A DNA stretch of 64,000 bases, from the NCBI GenBank assembly GCA_043228905.1, contig JBHGNT010000017.1, forward strand, positions 5,456,001 to 5,520,000, given 5' to 3'. Below, one piece after another: positions 1 through 12,800 of this stretch. The position numbers and the translations under genes are program-made. Source of the DNA: Azolla caroliniana. Its lineage: Eukaryota; Plantae; Polypodiophyta. Position 1 is the stretch's first letter, and every line of letters starts with the position of its first letter. The notes beneath the pieces are model-generated. The model searched no databases. It worked only from the letters and a program-made list of their open reading frames with translations, and was not told the origin of the DNA.

Positions 1-119
1 AACATGTTCTGATTGGCATTGTTGCTGGTAGGAACGTGGCCGGCTAAAATTTTAAAATTCCGGTTAGGTTCATGAGAAGTAGGAAAATTTTCGGTAGGGG
101 CTAGAGACTTTGCCCAACA

Positions 120-1540
120 CTGTCCACAACTCTTGCGCCACTTTCAAGCCTTTGCTAGTACTAGGTGATAGATTTATCACATGGACAGTAGTCCGAACTG
201 CTTCAACCCAAAAACATTGCGGCAGATTTGTATGATGCAACATAGAAACAACTCTATCCTGGATGATTCTATTCATCCTTTCCGCCACACCATTTTGTAC
301 CAAAGTGTAAGGGGTAGTGAACTCTCTACGTATGCCTCTAGACTCCCAAAAATCTCTGAACTCATGAGAGGTATACTCACCTTAAGCTTTATACCTTTTT
401 CCGTCTTAACTGAGGCAAGCCATTTTCTAAAAATGGGATATACATCACCCTTTCCCTTTATGGGATACACCCACACCTTTCTTGTGGCATCATCGATAAA
501 TGTAACAAAATACAAAGTTCTGCCAATGATCTAGTAGGCATAGGGCCACATACATATGTATGAACTAGATCCAAGGCTTGAGTAGAAGAATCAGAACGAA
601 TCTGATGTACATTTCTCGTTTGTTTACCATATTTACAATGCTCACAAACTGAAAAATTAGAAAATGATAACACGCGTAAATAGCCAAAACGTGATAAAGT
701 TTCCATTCCAGTACGAGACATGTGGCCTAAACGGTCATGTCAAATACAAGTCATAGGCTGTTCCGTGACTATCCAAAGATGCTCTTTTTGATGGACAACT
801 AAAGGATAAAGTTCGGAACCAACTTTGTTCCCTTTGGCAATAACCATATTTCCTTTTGTAATACTAAAGGACTAGGAAACAAATATCACTTTAAAACCAA
901 TGTTATCAAGTTGTCCAACAGACATTAAGCTACGAGTTTGCTCAGGCACATAACGTACATTTTGTACAATAAACTGAGAGCCATAAGAAAACTATACCAT
1001 GACATCTCTAGTGCCAATCACATCACACTGATGTGAATCTCCAAGTTGTACTATACCAAGTGGTTTAGCTTCGTATCGTGTGAACCACTCTCTATGTGGA
1101 GTCACATGAAATGAAGCACCAGAGTCCAACAACCATGTATGAGCAAGTGCATGAACAATATTAGCCTCAACATAGGTAGCATCATCATCCATGACCAAGT
1201 TTTTACTGTCTAAAACAGTAAAGTAGACACTATCCGCCAAGTGCAGTCTTATAGTGGACATGGTCAAGGCATTAAGTTCCTCCTAATCATCATCATCCAT
1301 GTCATTTAGCTTCTTCGCTTTGCTGCCTAAAGGCCTTGTTTGCTCTCTTTGAACCAATACATCATGTATCTGATTCTTCCACACAGCAAAATTAGATCCA
1401 TCAAATTTTCGGATCTCAATATGATATTTTCCCAAAAATGAATAGTTCTTGATTGAACTATTGCGACCAACAGAAGTGCTATTAGATGCATCCAACATTT
1501 CAGACTCCATGGGAGTAAACGACAGTATCAAGCAACAAAA
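120..1540 (-). mobile_element. Degenerate Ty1/Copia element Z, gag-protease-integrase remnant (oldest layer of the nest)
   Basis: Minus-strand ORF pieces: gag N-term (IRKFDGSNFAVWK, 1283-1531), protease WLLDSGASFHVT (992-1267), integrase CEHCKYGKQ..LDLVHTYVCGP, YFVTFIDDATRKVWVY and QNGVAERMNR; frameshifted. The integrase is cut at ~119/120 by a sequence ending ..CCCAACA, possibly another LTR end. Confidence 0.9.
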
Positions 1541-2084
1541 TACGATTGGGCAACAAAAACTAGTAACTAACTAACTTATGGCAAACTATCAAAAATTGAT
1601 ACCAATATTGCATGTAGCATGCACCATTGAAAGCATACAACTTCCAAAGTATCAGCCACCAACTGTCAAAAAAGACAGATAGCACTATTGCATATTGTTA
1701 AGAATTAGGTAATTACGCAAGGGTTAATTAGTACATAATTATGTGATTAAGTTAAGCGCGAAAGATTATGTGATATGTGTGTGTATCTGTGTGAGAGGAA
1801 GAGAGAGAGAGGAAGATACACTTATAAACAACCACAGATGGGGGATTATTAACTCTATGTTAAATTAGCATTATCATCATCAAATACAAAATACCCACAA
1901 TGAGGTATATATACATCTCATGCGCAAAGGTACACATATGTGAGTAGAATATAGGTACTAAGGTGTAAGTCCTATATTAAATGTACTTGGTAGTGGAGGA
2001 TCTAGAATATCCCACTTAAGTACTGTTGGGATTACGGTCCCTCCGGATGGGATGTCCGGAGATGAATGACGGCAAGCCCGGTTG

Positions 2085-2247
2085 CGGTTACGGAACCGGA
2101 TGATGAAGACCCCGGTTACGGAGCCGGATGATGAAGACCCCGGTTACGGAACCGGATGATGAAGACCCCGGTTACGGAACCGGATGATGAAGACCCCGGT
2201 TACGGAGCCGGATGATGAAGACCCCGGTTACGGAACCGGATGATGAA
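2085..2247 (+). repeat. 28-bp tandem repeat, ~6 copies, in U3 of the D 5' LTR (repeated at ~6899-7061)
   Basis: Unit CGGTTACGGA(A/G)CCGGATGATGAAGACCC starting at 2085, 2113, 2141, 2169, 2197, 2225. Confidence 0.95.
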
Positions 2248-2750
2248 TGTACCCGGAGAGAGATCCGGATGCGGAGACATATTTGTGAATATGTTTGCCA
2301 AGAGCCCTTGAGGCTATATTTGTAAATAGCCCGAAAGTCATATGTGTATAAATATGACTTAGGGCAAACAGTTTTATGTTGTTGCTCATTGTCTGTTTTT
2401 CCACTTAGAGGGAGCGAAGTGAGAGCAGCCGAGAGAGAGAGAGAGAGAAACGAAGAGGTCGACGCCTCTGTGTAATACCGCCGCCTGTGGCGAGGACAGC
2501 GAGCTCAAGGTTGTTGCCTTGTAGCCTCGCCATTGTATATTCCAGTGTATAGTGGTAGTTGGAGTCGTGCACTCCCGTGGTTTTTCCCGTTTAGGGTTTT
2601 CCACGTTATACCCTGTGTATTCATCTCTCTGTGTCTTTGTTTTCATTTTTCTGCTGCATTGATCCGTGTTGTCTCGGTTGTGGCCGAGAGGCGAAAGATT
2701 TGATAGCGTCAAAGCTTTACAAAGTGGTATCAGAGCGACTGTTGCAGAAA

Positions 2751-5700
2751 ATGGAAGGCGGCGGCAGCGGGCAGCCGATGATGATGGTGCTGAATGCACA
2801 GAATTACGCCGACTGGAAGATCAAGATGGAGGATCTTCTGATTGTTCGGGACCTGTACGAACCGATTGACAGGTCGGAAATACCGAAAGGGGTACTTGAG
2901 TCGGAGTGGAAGCTCCTGAACCGGAAAGCCGTAGCGACGATCCGACAATACGTCGATGTAAGCGTCCTACAACATGTGGCGAACGACACCAATGCATACG
3001 AGATGTGGAAGAAGCTGTCGGGCCTCTATGAGAGGAAGAATGCGTTGAACCGGACCTCCCTGATGAGGAAGATTGTGAATCTCAAGTACCGGGACGGCGA
3101 GAGTATGGTGGAACACGTAAGCACGTTCATGGGATTCGTGAACCAGCTTGCGGCGATCAAGTTCCCGTTGGAGGATGCAATGCAAGCCATCATCCTGATG
3201 TGTACATTGCCGGACAGCTGGGAGAACTTGGTGGTGACTCTCAGCACCTCCTGCACGGAAGACAACTTGTCCCTACAAACGGTAAAGACAAGTATTCTAA
3301 ATGAAGAAGCGCGTCGGAGAGATAAAGAACCGGCCTCCGACTCGAAGGCGCTGCTTACCGAATCGGAACGGGGAAGACACTGGAACCGGAGTCCGCAAAG
3401 ACGGGAGAAGTCGGGGACCCGGTCGCAGTCAAGAGGAAGACCCATTTGCTTCCACTGTGGGAAGCCGGGGCACTTCCGGAAAAATTGTCGGCATTACCGA
3501 AAGGACAACGGAGCCGACGACACCGATTCGAAGAAATCACCGGAGAGAAACGGTGCATACCGGGGAGCCACGGACCGGAGAGGTCCGGATCGGCGAGGGC
3601 AGGACCGGAAAGGAACGACGGCACTCGCGGCAAGTGAAGAAGAGATAATGCTCATTACCGAAGAGAGGGAGCTGAACCTTGCCGGCGTAGAGATGACCTG
3701 GGTGGTCGATTCCGGAGCGTCGTTCCACCTGACCCCGGAGAAGAAATACTTCTCATCCTACACAGCCGGTGAGCACGGCTGTGTCCGGATGGGAAATGAA
3801 GGTACGTGCCGGATAGCCGGCATAGGAGACGTGTGGCTGATGACATCAACCGGATGCAAGATGCTGTTGAAGGATGTGCGACACGTTCCGGAGGTCCGAT
3901 TGAACCTGATCTCGGCCGGGAGGCTAGATGATGAAGGCTACACGGGTAGCATCCGGAACGGCGTAATGAAGTTCAGCAAGGGGAGCCTGATAGTGGCTCG
4001 GGCCCGGAAGGTCAACACTCTGTACCTGATGAATGCCCGGTTATGTCCGGAAGAGCTGAATGTAGCAGCCGACACTGCCGGTGAGCTGTGGCACAAAAGA
4101 CTGTGCCACATGAGTGAGAAGGGGATGAAGAGGCTTGCAGAAGACAACCTTATTCCAGTGAAGCATGTGCACCTGGAGAAGTGCACCGACTGCCTGGCCG
4201 GTAAGCAAAACCGGACCTCCTTCCACTCAAGGCCACCGACGAGACGTAGCGCACCCTTGGAGCTGGTGCACACTGATGTGTGTCAGGTAGAAACGAAGTC
4301 ACATGGCGGAGCCCAGTACTTCGTGACATTCATTGATGATCACAGCCGGAAGCTGTGGACGGCACCGTTGAAGACAAAGGACCAAGTATTGTCCGTCTTC
4401 AAAGAACTCCACGCGAGAGTGGAAAGGGAATCCGGCAAGAAGCTGAAAGCGATACGAGCGGATAACGGAGGGGAATACCGGGGGCAGTTCCAGGAGTACT
4501 GCCGCTCGAAGGGAATCCGGCTCGAGTTTACTGTGCCGAAGACGCCGGAACTGAACGGGCTGGCCGAGAGGATGAATCGGACCATAATGGAGAGGGTCCG
4601 GAGTATGCTAGCGCATGCGAAACTACCCAAGGGATTTTGGGCTGAGGCAATGTCGACGGCGACGTATGTGATAAATAGATCACCCTCAGTACCTTTGGAC
4701 GGAGACACGCCGCAGAAAGTGTGGACCGGTAAGGAAGTGTCCTACCGGCATCTGAAGGTGTTCGGGTGTCTCACATACGTGCATGTGGCAAAGGACCGGA
4801 GAGGAAAGTTAGATCCAAAGACCCGGCCATGCATATTCCTCGGTTACGGCGACGACGAGTTCGGCTACCGAGTATGGGACCCGGTCGACAAGAAGATATT
4901 CAGGAGTCGAGATATCATTTTCATGGAGGACAAGACGCTCGCCGACTGGGAGTCGGAGAAGAAGATGAAGAGCTCCAAGTCGACCGGTGAGGATAAACTC
5001 TACGAGGAGCAGTCCCGACCGGCAAGGGACCGGTTAACACTCGAAGACCCGGCCGAAGACGGTGAAGAAACAGAACCGGCTGAAGAAGATGAAAATGATA
5101 CCGGAACCGGCCCCGATCCCGAAATGGATTCGGATGAAGAAGAAGAATCGGAAGAACCGGTTACCGAAGCTCCCGAACGGAGATATCCTCTAAGAGAGAG
5201 AAGGGCCCCCCGGAGATTTCCGGAACCAGAGCACGTGCTGCTAACCGACGAGGGGGAGCCGGAGAGCTTTGAAGAAGCAAAGCACGACACCCAGAGCCGC
5301 AGGTGGTTAAGTGCCATGCAGGACGAGATGGATTCCCTGCATGAGAACCACACATATGAACTTGTGGAGTTGCCGAAAGGAAAGCGGGCACTTCGAAACA
5401 AGTGGGTGTTCAAGCTGAAACCGGGAGATGCCGGAAACCCCCCGAGATACAAAGCCCGGATCGTGGTGAAGGGGTTTCAGCAGAAGAAGGGCGTCGACTT
5501 CGACGAGATATTTGCCCCGGTAGTGAAGATGACCTCCATCCGGACGGTGCTGAGCATAGCGGCAAGCATGGACCTCGAGGTAGAACAGATGGACGTGAAG
5601 ACGGCATTCCTTCACGGTGACCTCGAAGAAGAGATCTACATGCAGCAACCGGAAGGATTCGAGAAGAAAGGGAAGGAGCACCTGGTATGCCGGTTGAAGA

Positions 5701-6827
5701 AGAGCCTTTACGGACTGAAGCAGGCTCCCCGGCAATGGTACCGGAAGTTCGACTCCTTCATGACCAACGAAGGGTACCTCAAAACGCAGTCTGACCACTG
5801 CGTGTTTGTGAAGAAGTTCGAAGGAGGAGACTTTCTAATACTCCTCCTGTACGTGGACGACATGTTGATCGTCGGACGGGACCAGGTAAAGATACGGATG
5901 CTGAAGAAGGCTCTTCACCGAACCTTCTCAATGAAGGACCTGGGTCCGGCGAGGCAAATACTAGGGATGCACATCATCCGGGACCGGAGCAAGAAGCAGT
6001 TGTGGCTGTCACAAGAGAAGTACGTGACAAAGGTGCTTCAACGGTTCAACATGTCGGAAGCAAGACCGGTCGGATCAACCCTCCCGGCAAACTGCAAGCT
6101 GTCCAGCAAGCAATGTCCCAAGACAAAAGCTGAAAAGGAGGATATGATGAAAGTACCGTATGCCTCAGCCGTCGGGAGCTTGATGTACGCCATGGTGTGT
6201 ACGAGACCGGATATAGGATATGCAGTCGGAGTGGTGAGCCGGTACATGAGCAATCCCGGCAAAGAGCACTGGAACGCGGTCAAGTGGATACTCCGATACC
6301 TGAAGGGCACAGCGAATGTGTGCCTCCGATTCGGCTCCGGTAAGCCCGAACTCGACGGCTTCACCGATTCGGATATGTCGGCTGATGCAGATACCAGCCG
6401 GTCCACATCAGGGTATGTGATGACGTATGCAGGGGGAGCCGTTTCGTGGCAGTCGAGGCTGCAGAAGACGGTTGCGTTGTCAACCACGGAGGCGGAGTAC
6501 ATGGCAGCTGTTGAAGCCGGCAAGGAAGTAATATGGATGAAGGACTTCATTAGAGAGCTCGGTATCCGGCAGGAGGAGTACCGACTCTACTGCGACAGTC
6601 AGAGTGCAATCCACCTTGCGAAGAACGCGGCCTATCACTCCCGGACGAAGCACATCCAGCGAAGATATCACTGGATCCGGGAAAGGATAGAAGACAAGGA
6701 GTTCGTGCTGACGAAGGTCCACACGGACGAGAACGGGTCGGATATGCTGACCAAGGTGCTCACACCCGACAAGCTGGAAGCATGCCGGAAGAGGATCGGA
6801 TTGGAGAGACATCCCATGCCGAAGTGA
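2751..6827 (+). CDS. Copia Gag-Pol polyprotein of D (~1358 aa from the ATG after the PBS), uninterrupted
   Basis: Zn knuckle CFHCGKPGHFRKNC, protease WVVDSGASFH, LWHKRLCH/CTDC, integrase LELVHTDVC..DNGGEY..NGLAERMNRT, RT QMDVKTAFLHG..LLYVDDML, RNase H FTDSD..STTEAEY..SDMLTK, in Copia domain order. Confidence 0.97.
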   Translation: MEGGGSGQPMMMVLNAQNYADWKIKMEDLLIVRDLYEPIDRSEIPKGVLESEWKLLNRKAVATIRQYVDVSVLQHVANDTNAYEMWKKLSGLYERKNALNRTSLMRKIVNLKYRDGESMVEHVSTFMGFVNQLAAIKFPLEDAMQAIILMCTLPDSWENLVVTLSTSCTEDNLSLQTVKTSILNEEARRRDKEPASDSKALLTESERGRHWNRSPQRREKSGTRSQSRGRPICFHCGKPGHFRKNCRHYRKDNGADDTDSKKSPERNGAYRGATDRRGPDRRGQDRKGTTALAASEEEIMLITEERELNLAGVEMTWVVDSGASFHLTPEKKYFSSYTAGEHGCVRMGNEGTCRIAGIGDVWLMTSTGCKMLLKDVRHVPEVRLNLISAGRLDDEGYTGSIRNGVMKFSKGSLIVARARKVNTLYLMNARLCPEELNVAADTAGELWHKRLCHMSEKGMKRLAEDNLIPVKHVHLEKCTDCLAGKQNRTSFHSRPPTRRSAPLELVHTDVCQVETKSHGGAQYFVTFIDDHSRKLWTAPLKTKDQVLSVFKELHARVERESGKKLKAIRADNGGEYRGQFQEYCRSKGIRLEFTVPKTPELNGLAERMNRTIMERVRSMLAHAKLPKGFWAEAMSTATYVINRSPSVPLDGDTPQKVWTGKEVSYRHLKVFGCLTYVHVAKDRRGKLDPKTRPCIFLGYGDDEFGYRVWDPVDKKIFRSRDIIFMEDKTLADWESEKKMKSSKSTGEDKLYEEQSRPARDRLTLEDPAEDGEETEPAEEDENDTGTGPDPEMDSDEEEESEEPVTEAPERRYPLRERRAPRRFPEPEHVLLTDEGEPESFEEAKHDTQSRRWLSAMQDEMDSLHENHTYELVELPKGKRALRNKWVFKLKPGDAGNPPRYKARIVVKGFQQKKGVDFDEIFAPVVKMTSIRTVLSIAASMDLEVEQMDVKTAFLHGDLEEEIYMQQPEGFEKKGKEHLVCRLKKSLYGLKQAPRQWYRKFDSFMTNEGYLKTQSDHCVFVKKFEGGDFLILLLYVDDMLIVGRDQVKIRMLKKALHRTFSMKDLGPARQILGMHIIRDRSKKQLWLSQEKYVTKVLQRFNMSEARPVGSTLPANCKLSSKQCPKTKAEKEDMMKVPYASAVGSLMYAMVCTRPDIGYAVGVVSRYMSNPGKEHWNAVKWILRYLKGTANVCLRFGSGKPELDGFTDSDMSADADTSRSTSGYVMTYAGGAVSWQSRLQKTVALSTTEAEYMAAVEAGKEVIWMKDFIRELGIRQEEYRLYCDSQSAIHLAKNAAYHSRTKHIQRRYHWIRERIEDKEFVLTKVHTDENGSDMLTKVLTPDKLEACRKRIGLERHPMPK

Positions 6828-9800
6828 AGGGGGAGTTTGTTGGGATTACGGTCCCTCCGGATGGGATGTCCGGAGATGAATGACGGCAAGCCCGGTTGCG
6901 GTTACGGAACCGGATGATGAAGACCCCGGTTACGGAGCCGGATGATGAAGACCCCGGTTACGGAACCGGATGATGAAGACCCCGGTTACGGAACCGGATG
7001 ATGAAGACCCCGGTTACGGAGCCGGATGATGAAGACCCCGGTTACGGAACCGGATGATGAATGTACCCGGAGAGAGATCCGGATGCGGAGACATATTTGT
7101 GAATATGTTTGCCAAGAGCCCTTGAGGCTATATTTGTAAATAGCCCGAAAGTCATATGTGTATAAATATGACTTAGGGCAAACAGTTTTATGTTGTTGCT
7201 CATTGTCTGTTTTTCCACTTAGAGGGAGCGAAGTGAGAGCAGCCGAGAGAGAGAGAGAGAGAAACGAAGAGGTCGACGCCTCTGTGTAATACCGCCGCCT
7301 GTGGCGAGGACAGCGAGCTCAAGGTTGTTGCCTTGTAGCCTCGCCATTGTATATTCCAGTGTATAGTGGTAGTTGGAGTCGTGCACTCCCGTGGTTTTTC
7401 CCGTTTAGGGTTTTCCACGTTATACCCTGTGTATTCATCTCTCTGTGTCTTTGTTTTCATTTTTCTGCTGCATTGATCCGTGTTGTCTCGGTTGTGGCCG
7501 AGAGGCGAAAGATTTGATAGCGTCAAAGCTTTACAAGTACAAGGTCCTATTAAAGGCGTTATAATGAACATTTTAAACTAGATTCTATCTGGATAACTAC
7601 GAAGTTACATGGTTGACTAACTAACTAAACTAAGTTGAGCTTGATCTCTCAACACGCCCCCTCAAGCTCAAGTATGGGGCGTCCGACATCTGCTTTGGCT
7701 TTCGTCGGCTTCGTGTGCTTCCGTCCGGCCTTCGGCTTTCTTCGTCGTGGAAATCTCGGTTCCTCTCCTTCAAGCCAATGAGAAAGGCTTGTAGTGTGTG
7801 GGTGAAGGTCGACTACTTCCACCCATTGTGGGTTACGAGCCACTTCGGTGGAGCTCTTGGGGTCTTGTTCGGCCACTACCTTCATCGCGAAGGCATAGTG
7901 ATGGACCATGTACTCATTGTAGTCGAGCCGAGTGATGGGATTCTTAGCTCTAGATGAGGTCGAAGTTTTTCGCTCGCCGATGTGAGCGCCTTCTTTACTT
8001 CGATGTCATGAAGATTTTCGGCTATGGTGACAAACTCGGGTAGGAAAATTAAAATGGGGATGTACAACATTGCACATGCACTTGTAAATTTGTATAATGA
8101 GAATAAGATAACAAAATGTAAGGGGAAGGGTAATAATCTAAGGTGCTAAAGGTGCACCATGAGTTTCGACGAGGCATAAAGGTGATGTGCACTTTGTAGA
8201 CTAGAGGAAAGTACATGAAGAATGGGTGTAGGGAGTAGTGGGCATTGAGTGTGAATGTGAGAGGAGAGAGAGTTAAAGGCCCACCGATTTAAGATCAAGG
8301 AAAAATATTCCCCATTGAAAGAAGGAGATTTGACCTCTCCTTTTGTAATGTGCCTCACCCCTTACTACTATAAAAGGGAGTGAGGGGTCTCTTGTGAAGG
8401 GGTTGCCTATTTTGAGTGAGGAGGGGCTTCCACTTTTTGGGTTTCCATTAGGGTTTCGGAATTTTGGGTTTTAGGATCTCGTTTTAGGGTTTTCATTCGT
8501 CTTCTTCTTCTTCTTCTTCTTTCCCCCTATCCGGTTAGGGTTTCATCTAGAGGGTTTACATTCGGCCTACACGACCACGGTTGTAATTGGTGTGGTGCTT
8601 CCCATAATGTATATTGTCTTGTTTAGATATTATTCTCTTGAATCTTAATCTTTCTCTTCCTTCTTAGTTGAACTCCCAAGCTTCTCTCCCTAGTCCAAGA
8701 CCCCCTGTGGTCCTGTCCTATCCGACATGCACGCACATATTTCCACGACATTTTGGCGAACCTGACATGAAGGGCGACAAGGGAGGACGAGGATGGAAGC
8801 TTCATTGGAGGCATATGGGTACAAGAAACAGGAGGGGAGAAGTCAGCATGAGTTTGATCAATGGGTGGCGTCGGTGAAGGCCCATCGAAGCGTGATGGAA
8901 GCATTCCAAGAGTTCGAGCACCGTTTTGCTCAACTCTTGGAGCGGGATCGGAGATCGGTGGGGTTGGACAAAGTCCTCCTATTTTTAAAGACGGTCCATC
9001 GAGAGGAAAGGATGAACATTTATTCGAGCTCGAACGGCTTCATCGATGATTGGTCCAACGTGGAGTGGGTGTTACTTGACCGGCAAAGGAGTTAAAGACC
9101 AGAATGTGAAAGGGAATGCTTATTCGGAATAAATTATAATTAAGTGGTTTATAAGACGTGAACGGACAGACCGGAATCGATATGATGATCCGGATCCGGA
9201 CCGGTTCCGAACAGGTGCCGGTTGGCACCGTTTTCTTGTTTATCTTTAAGTATTGATTACCGTTTTGTACTAATTGTTCTATCATACGCGTGTATCAAGT
9301 CTAATGCCATATTGCTAAGTAACCAATTAAGTCTGCTTAATCGTTGTGTCTTAAGTTATCTCGCCGTAACACCCCTTTGGTGAAGTGTCTTCCATAGACA
9401 CCCTGTGTTCGGCCATTGTCCGGCCCTAAGGAATAACACAATTTTTGGCGACCACGATTCCTGCACAATCGCAGCGAACAACGGCGGGAATGGATGACGC
9501 GACCAACGAACGACCCGGTTATGGAGCGAGCAAGGAGACTTGCTGAACGGTTGAGGAAGCAAGAGGTTTTCCAGCAATCGGCATAGGAAATCAGAGCAGA
9601 TCGCTCATTTTCCAAAGTGATCCGGAGAGTGGCCAAGGAGTCACTTCGTTTACAACAAAACGACTACCCGGATGAACGAAGCAGCCTAAGCAGCCTCCAG
9701 GACCTCAACCAAGCACTTACCACATGACCTCAACCAAGCACACACGCCGAATCTAGCAACACACGGAAGCCGTATTGCTATTATTGTCGGCAAGAAGGCC

Positions 9801-9847
9801 ACTATAGTAATCAATGTCCGGCGAAGAGCTACGACAAGCGACCAACG

Positions 9848-12800
9848 GTGAACATGGTAGACGCGGAAGTCGCGGACATACAACAAGTCACTACAAGATC
9901 AAAAGGCAAAGACACAGAGTGGGAAACTCAAGAAGCCATCCGGAAGCAGGCAACCGAATGGATGAAGAAGGCAAACGAGTGGAATGCGGTAGAGTTCAAA
10001 CAACAAAAGGAGAATGCCGAAGAGCTCACCGGTCCGGGGCAGCCCGAAAACCCAACATGGCAGGCGTTGCAAGAATGCCAAATAACGCCGCCTTTAGGCT
10101 GGCTTTTGCAACTGGTACCACGCTTCACGGAAGGACTGAAGACAAGAAGGACGACAGCCGACACGCCACCGGCTCCCGCATTCTTTTCAAATCCGGAGGA
10201 AGGACTGACAGTGGTAGACATGAGCAGTCCGGCAATCACAACCATCGTGAAAGGAAAAGAGCTACCCGACATGATTATCGATGGAGGATCCGACGTGAAT
10301 GTGATTAGCCTCCGAACGTGTAACACTCTAGGAATCCATGATTGGGAACCATGCCCGTTTTGGCTTCGGATGGCGGACACAAGCTCAGTACGACCGATCG
10401 GATTAATACATGATCTAGAAGTGACCATCGAGGGTCACACATTTCACATTTCCGTAGTAGTTCTCCAGCTACAGGCTCAGGGAGCTTACCCACTATTGTT
10501 GGGACGCCCTTGGTTAAAAACAACACACATCAAGCAAAACTGGAGGAAGAATATCATTACGTTCCGGCGTGGAAAAGCGAAAGTGCGAGTATTGACTCAA
10601 CCACGGTCTGGTACCGGCAAGGAATCGACGCCGCTATATGCGGAATGTGTCAACATGCTGGAAGGATTGGCGGACGAAGAGATCGATCAATACTTACAGG
10701 AAAATCCGAAGATCGTACCTTTGTTCGAGATTGATGTAGCCGAAGCAGTATCATCGTACATACTGCAACCGGACGGGACCGACGAGGAACCGGATAAAGA
10801 AGCAATCCGGAAATTACGGCAAGCACAGGAGGAACTGGAAAGAGAAATGGCAGTGTCGCAGCGCGTGAAAGCATCCCAACTAGAAGAGGTAAACCTAGGT
10901 ACCATAGAGGACACAAGACCGGTGCACATCGCCAAGGAAATGACCCCGGAGAACAAAACGACAATGATCACACTACTAAAAGAATTTCGCGATGTGTTTG
11001 CCTGGTCCTACAAGGACATGCGGGGACTCGATCCTCAGTTGTATCAACACCAGATACATCTGAGTAAAGACGCCAAACCGGTAGCGCAACGGCGTTACCG
11101 GATGAACCCGAACTACGCAGCAAAAGTCAAAGAAGAAATCGACAAGTTGCTAAGAGTTGGCTTCATCCGACTGGTAAAGAAAGCCACATGGCTCAGTCCG
11201 ATAGTCGTAGTACCCAAAAAGAATGGTAAGATAAGAGTGTGTGTTGACTACCGGAAATTGAATGCGGCTATGGTAACAGACGCCTTCCCACTTCCATTCA
11301 CGGATGGAGTCCTGGATGCGGTCGCCGGTCATGAAGTGTACAGTTTTCTGAATGGTTTCAGCGGCTATAATCAGATCCGGATGCACCCCGTTGACCAGGA
11401 GAAAACCGCTTTTTGTCACCGAATGGGGAGTCTTTGTTGCCGTAGTGATGATGTTCGGACCGAAAACGGCGCCGACAACCTTCAAGCGGATCATCATAGA
11501 GATTTTCGGAGAATTCATTTCGGCATTCATGCAGGTGTTCTTGGACGACTTCGCTGTTTATAGCTGGGAAGGGGATCACCTTCAGCACCTCCGACTATGT
11601 TTGGAGAAATGTAGGGTTTATCGGCTAAGCCTTAACCCCGCAAAATGCGTGTTCGGAGTAACTAGCGGAGCGTTACTGGGCCACATAGTGCGCAAGGACG
11701 GTATTGCAGTGGATCCGGACAAAGTAAAAGCCATCCTGGAGGCACCGGCACTAGCCACGGCAAAGGCACTAAGCCGGTTCTTAGGACAAATTCAGTGGCA
11801 TAGCCGAATGCTCTGGTATTTGGCAGACCTGGCTACACCATTACATGTCGCAGTACATCGGACACCGTTCCGATGGACGGACATAGAAGACCAGGCTTAC
11901 CGGGCACGGAAAGTATTGTTGTCACAAGCGCCGGTGGTGCAACCTCCGGATTGGTCTAAAGAGTTCCATGTGTTCGTTGATGCGTCCAACATCGCAATCG
12001 GGAGCGCGCTTATGCAACTTACAAAACCGAAATGGTACCGACCAGTGTATTATGCCAGTCGGAAGCTGTCCCAGGCAGAACGTAATTATTCCACAACGGA
12101 AAGGGAGGCCTTGGGTATGATCTATAGTGTCACCAAGTTTAGACACTATCTATTGGGAAGGAAATTTTCCTTTCATGCAGATCATTCAACGCTCCTCTAC
12201 TTGGTGTCCAAAGCATCACTCACCGATAAGCTGGCCCGATGGACGTTACTATTACAAGAATTTGAGTTCGAGATATTCCACCGACCCGACATACAACATA
12301 CGGTAGCAGACTATTTGAAACCGGTGACGGCGTCCTAGACGACTTTCTAGATGCAGAGCTGTTTAGAGTTACAGTGGAAACGGCAACGGATGGTATGGTT
12401 GCAGAGGAAGACAAGTGGCTCACCAACATGCACCAATTTTTGAGCACCGGCTTACCTTCGGAGGAGATGAACAGAGACGAAAGGAAATGCTTAGTGGTTC
12501 AAAGCCGACACTTCTGTCTATTATAGGACACACTGTACCACAAAGGCGTAGATGGCATATGGCGGCGTGTAGTGCGCAACGACGACAAGGAAATAATATT
12601 GCGCGAAGCACACTGCAGAGTGGCTAGAGGACATTATGCCGAAGACGCTATGACAAGGAAAATATGGTAGAGTGGACTATGGTGGCCAACGACATTGAAG
12701 GATGCAGTCCGGTACGCTAAAGAATGCGACCTATGTCAACGAATGGGCCAACCAACCGAACAAGCCAGAATGCCTCACCAGCCCGTGCTACCGTTAGAAC

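Larger units (their letters stand above)
2024..7535 (+). mobile_element. Intact young Ty1/Copia element D (Tnt1/Tork-like), inserted in the 3' LTR of A
   Basis: 698-bp LTRs 2024-2721 and 6838-7535 (TG..CA, no differences found by eye); TSD AGTAC 2019-2023 and 7536-7540; PBS TGGTATCAGAGC 2725-2736; PPT AAGTGAAGGGGGAG 6822-6835. Confidence 0.97.

Noticed and set aside
2631-2750. N-terminal extension of the 1398-aa ORF
   Set aside because: It starts at a GTG inside the LTR, upstream of the PBS; the ATG at 2751 is the plausible start.
2386-2799. Duplicated ORFs in LTRs (2386/7200, 23196/29558, 8146/21167, 22859/28942)
   Set aside because: They are duplicated only because the LTRs are; no protein motifs recognised.
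3026-6889. Many overlapping antisense or alternate-frame ORFs over D, C, E and F
   Set aside because: Expected shadow ORFs in GC-rich coding sequence.
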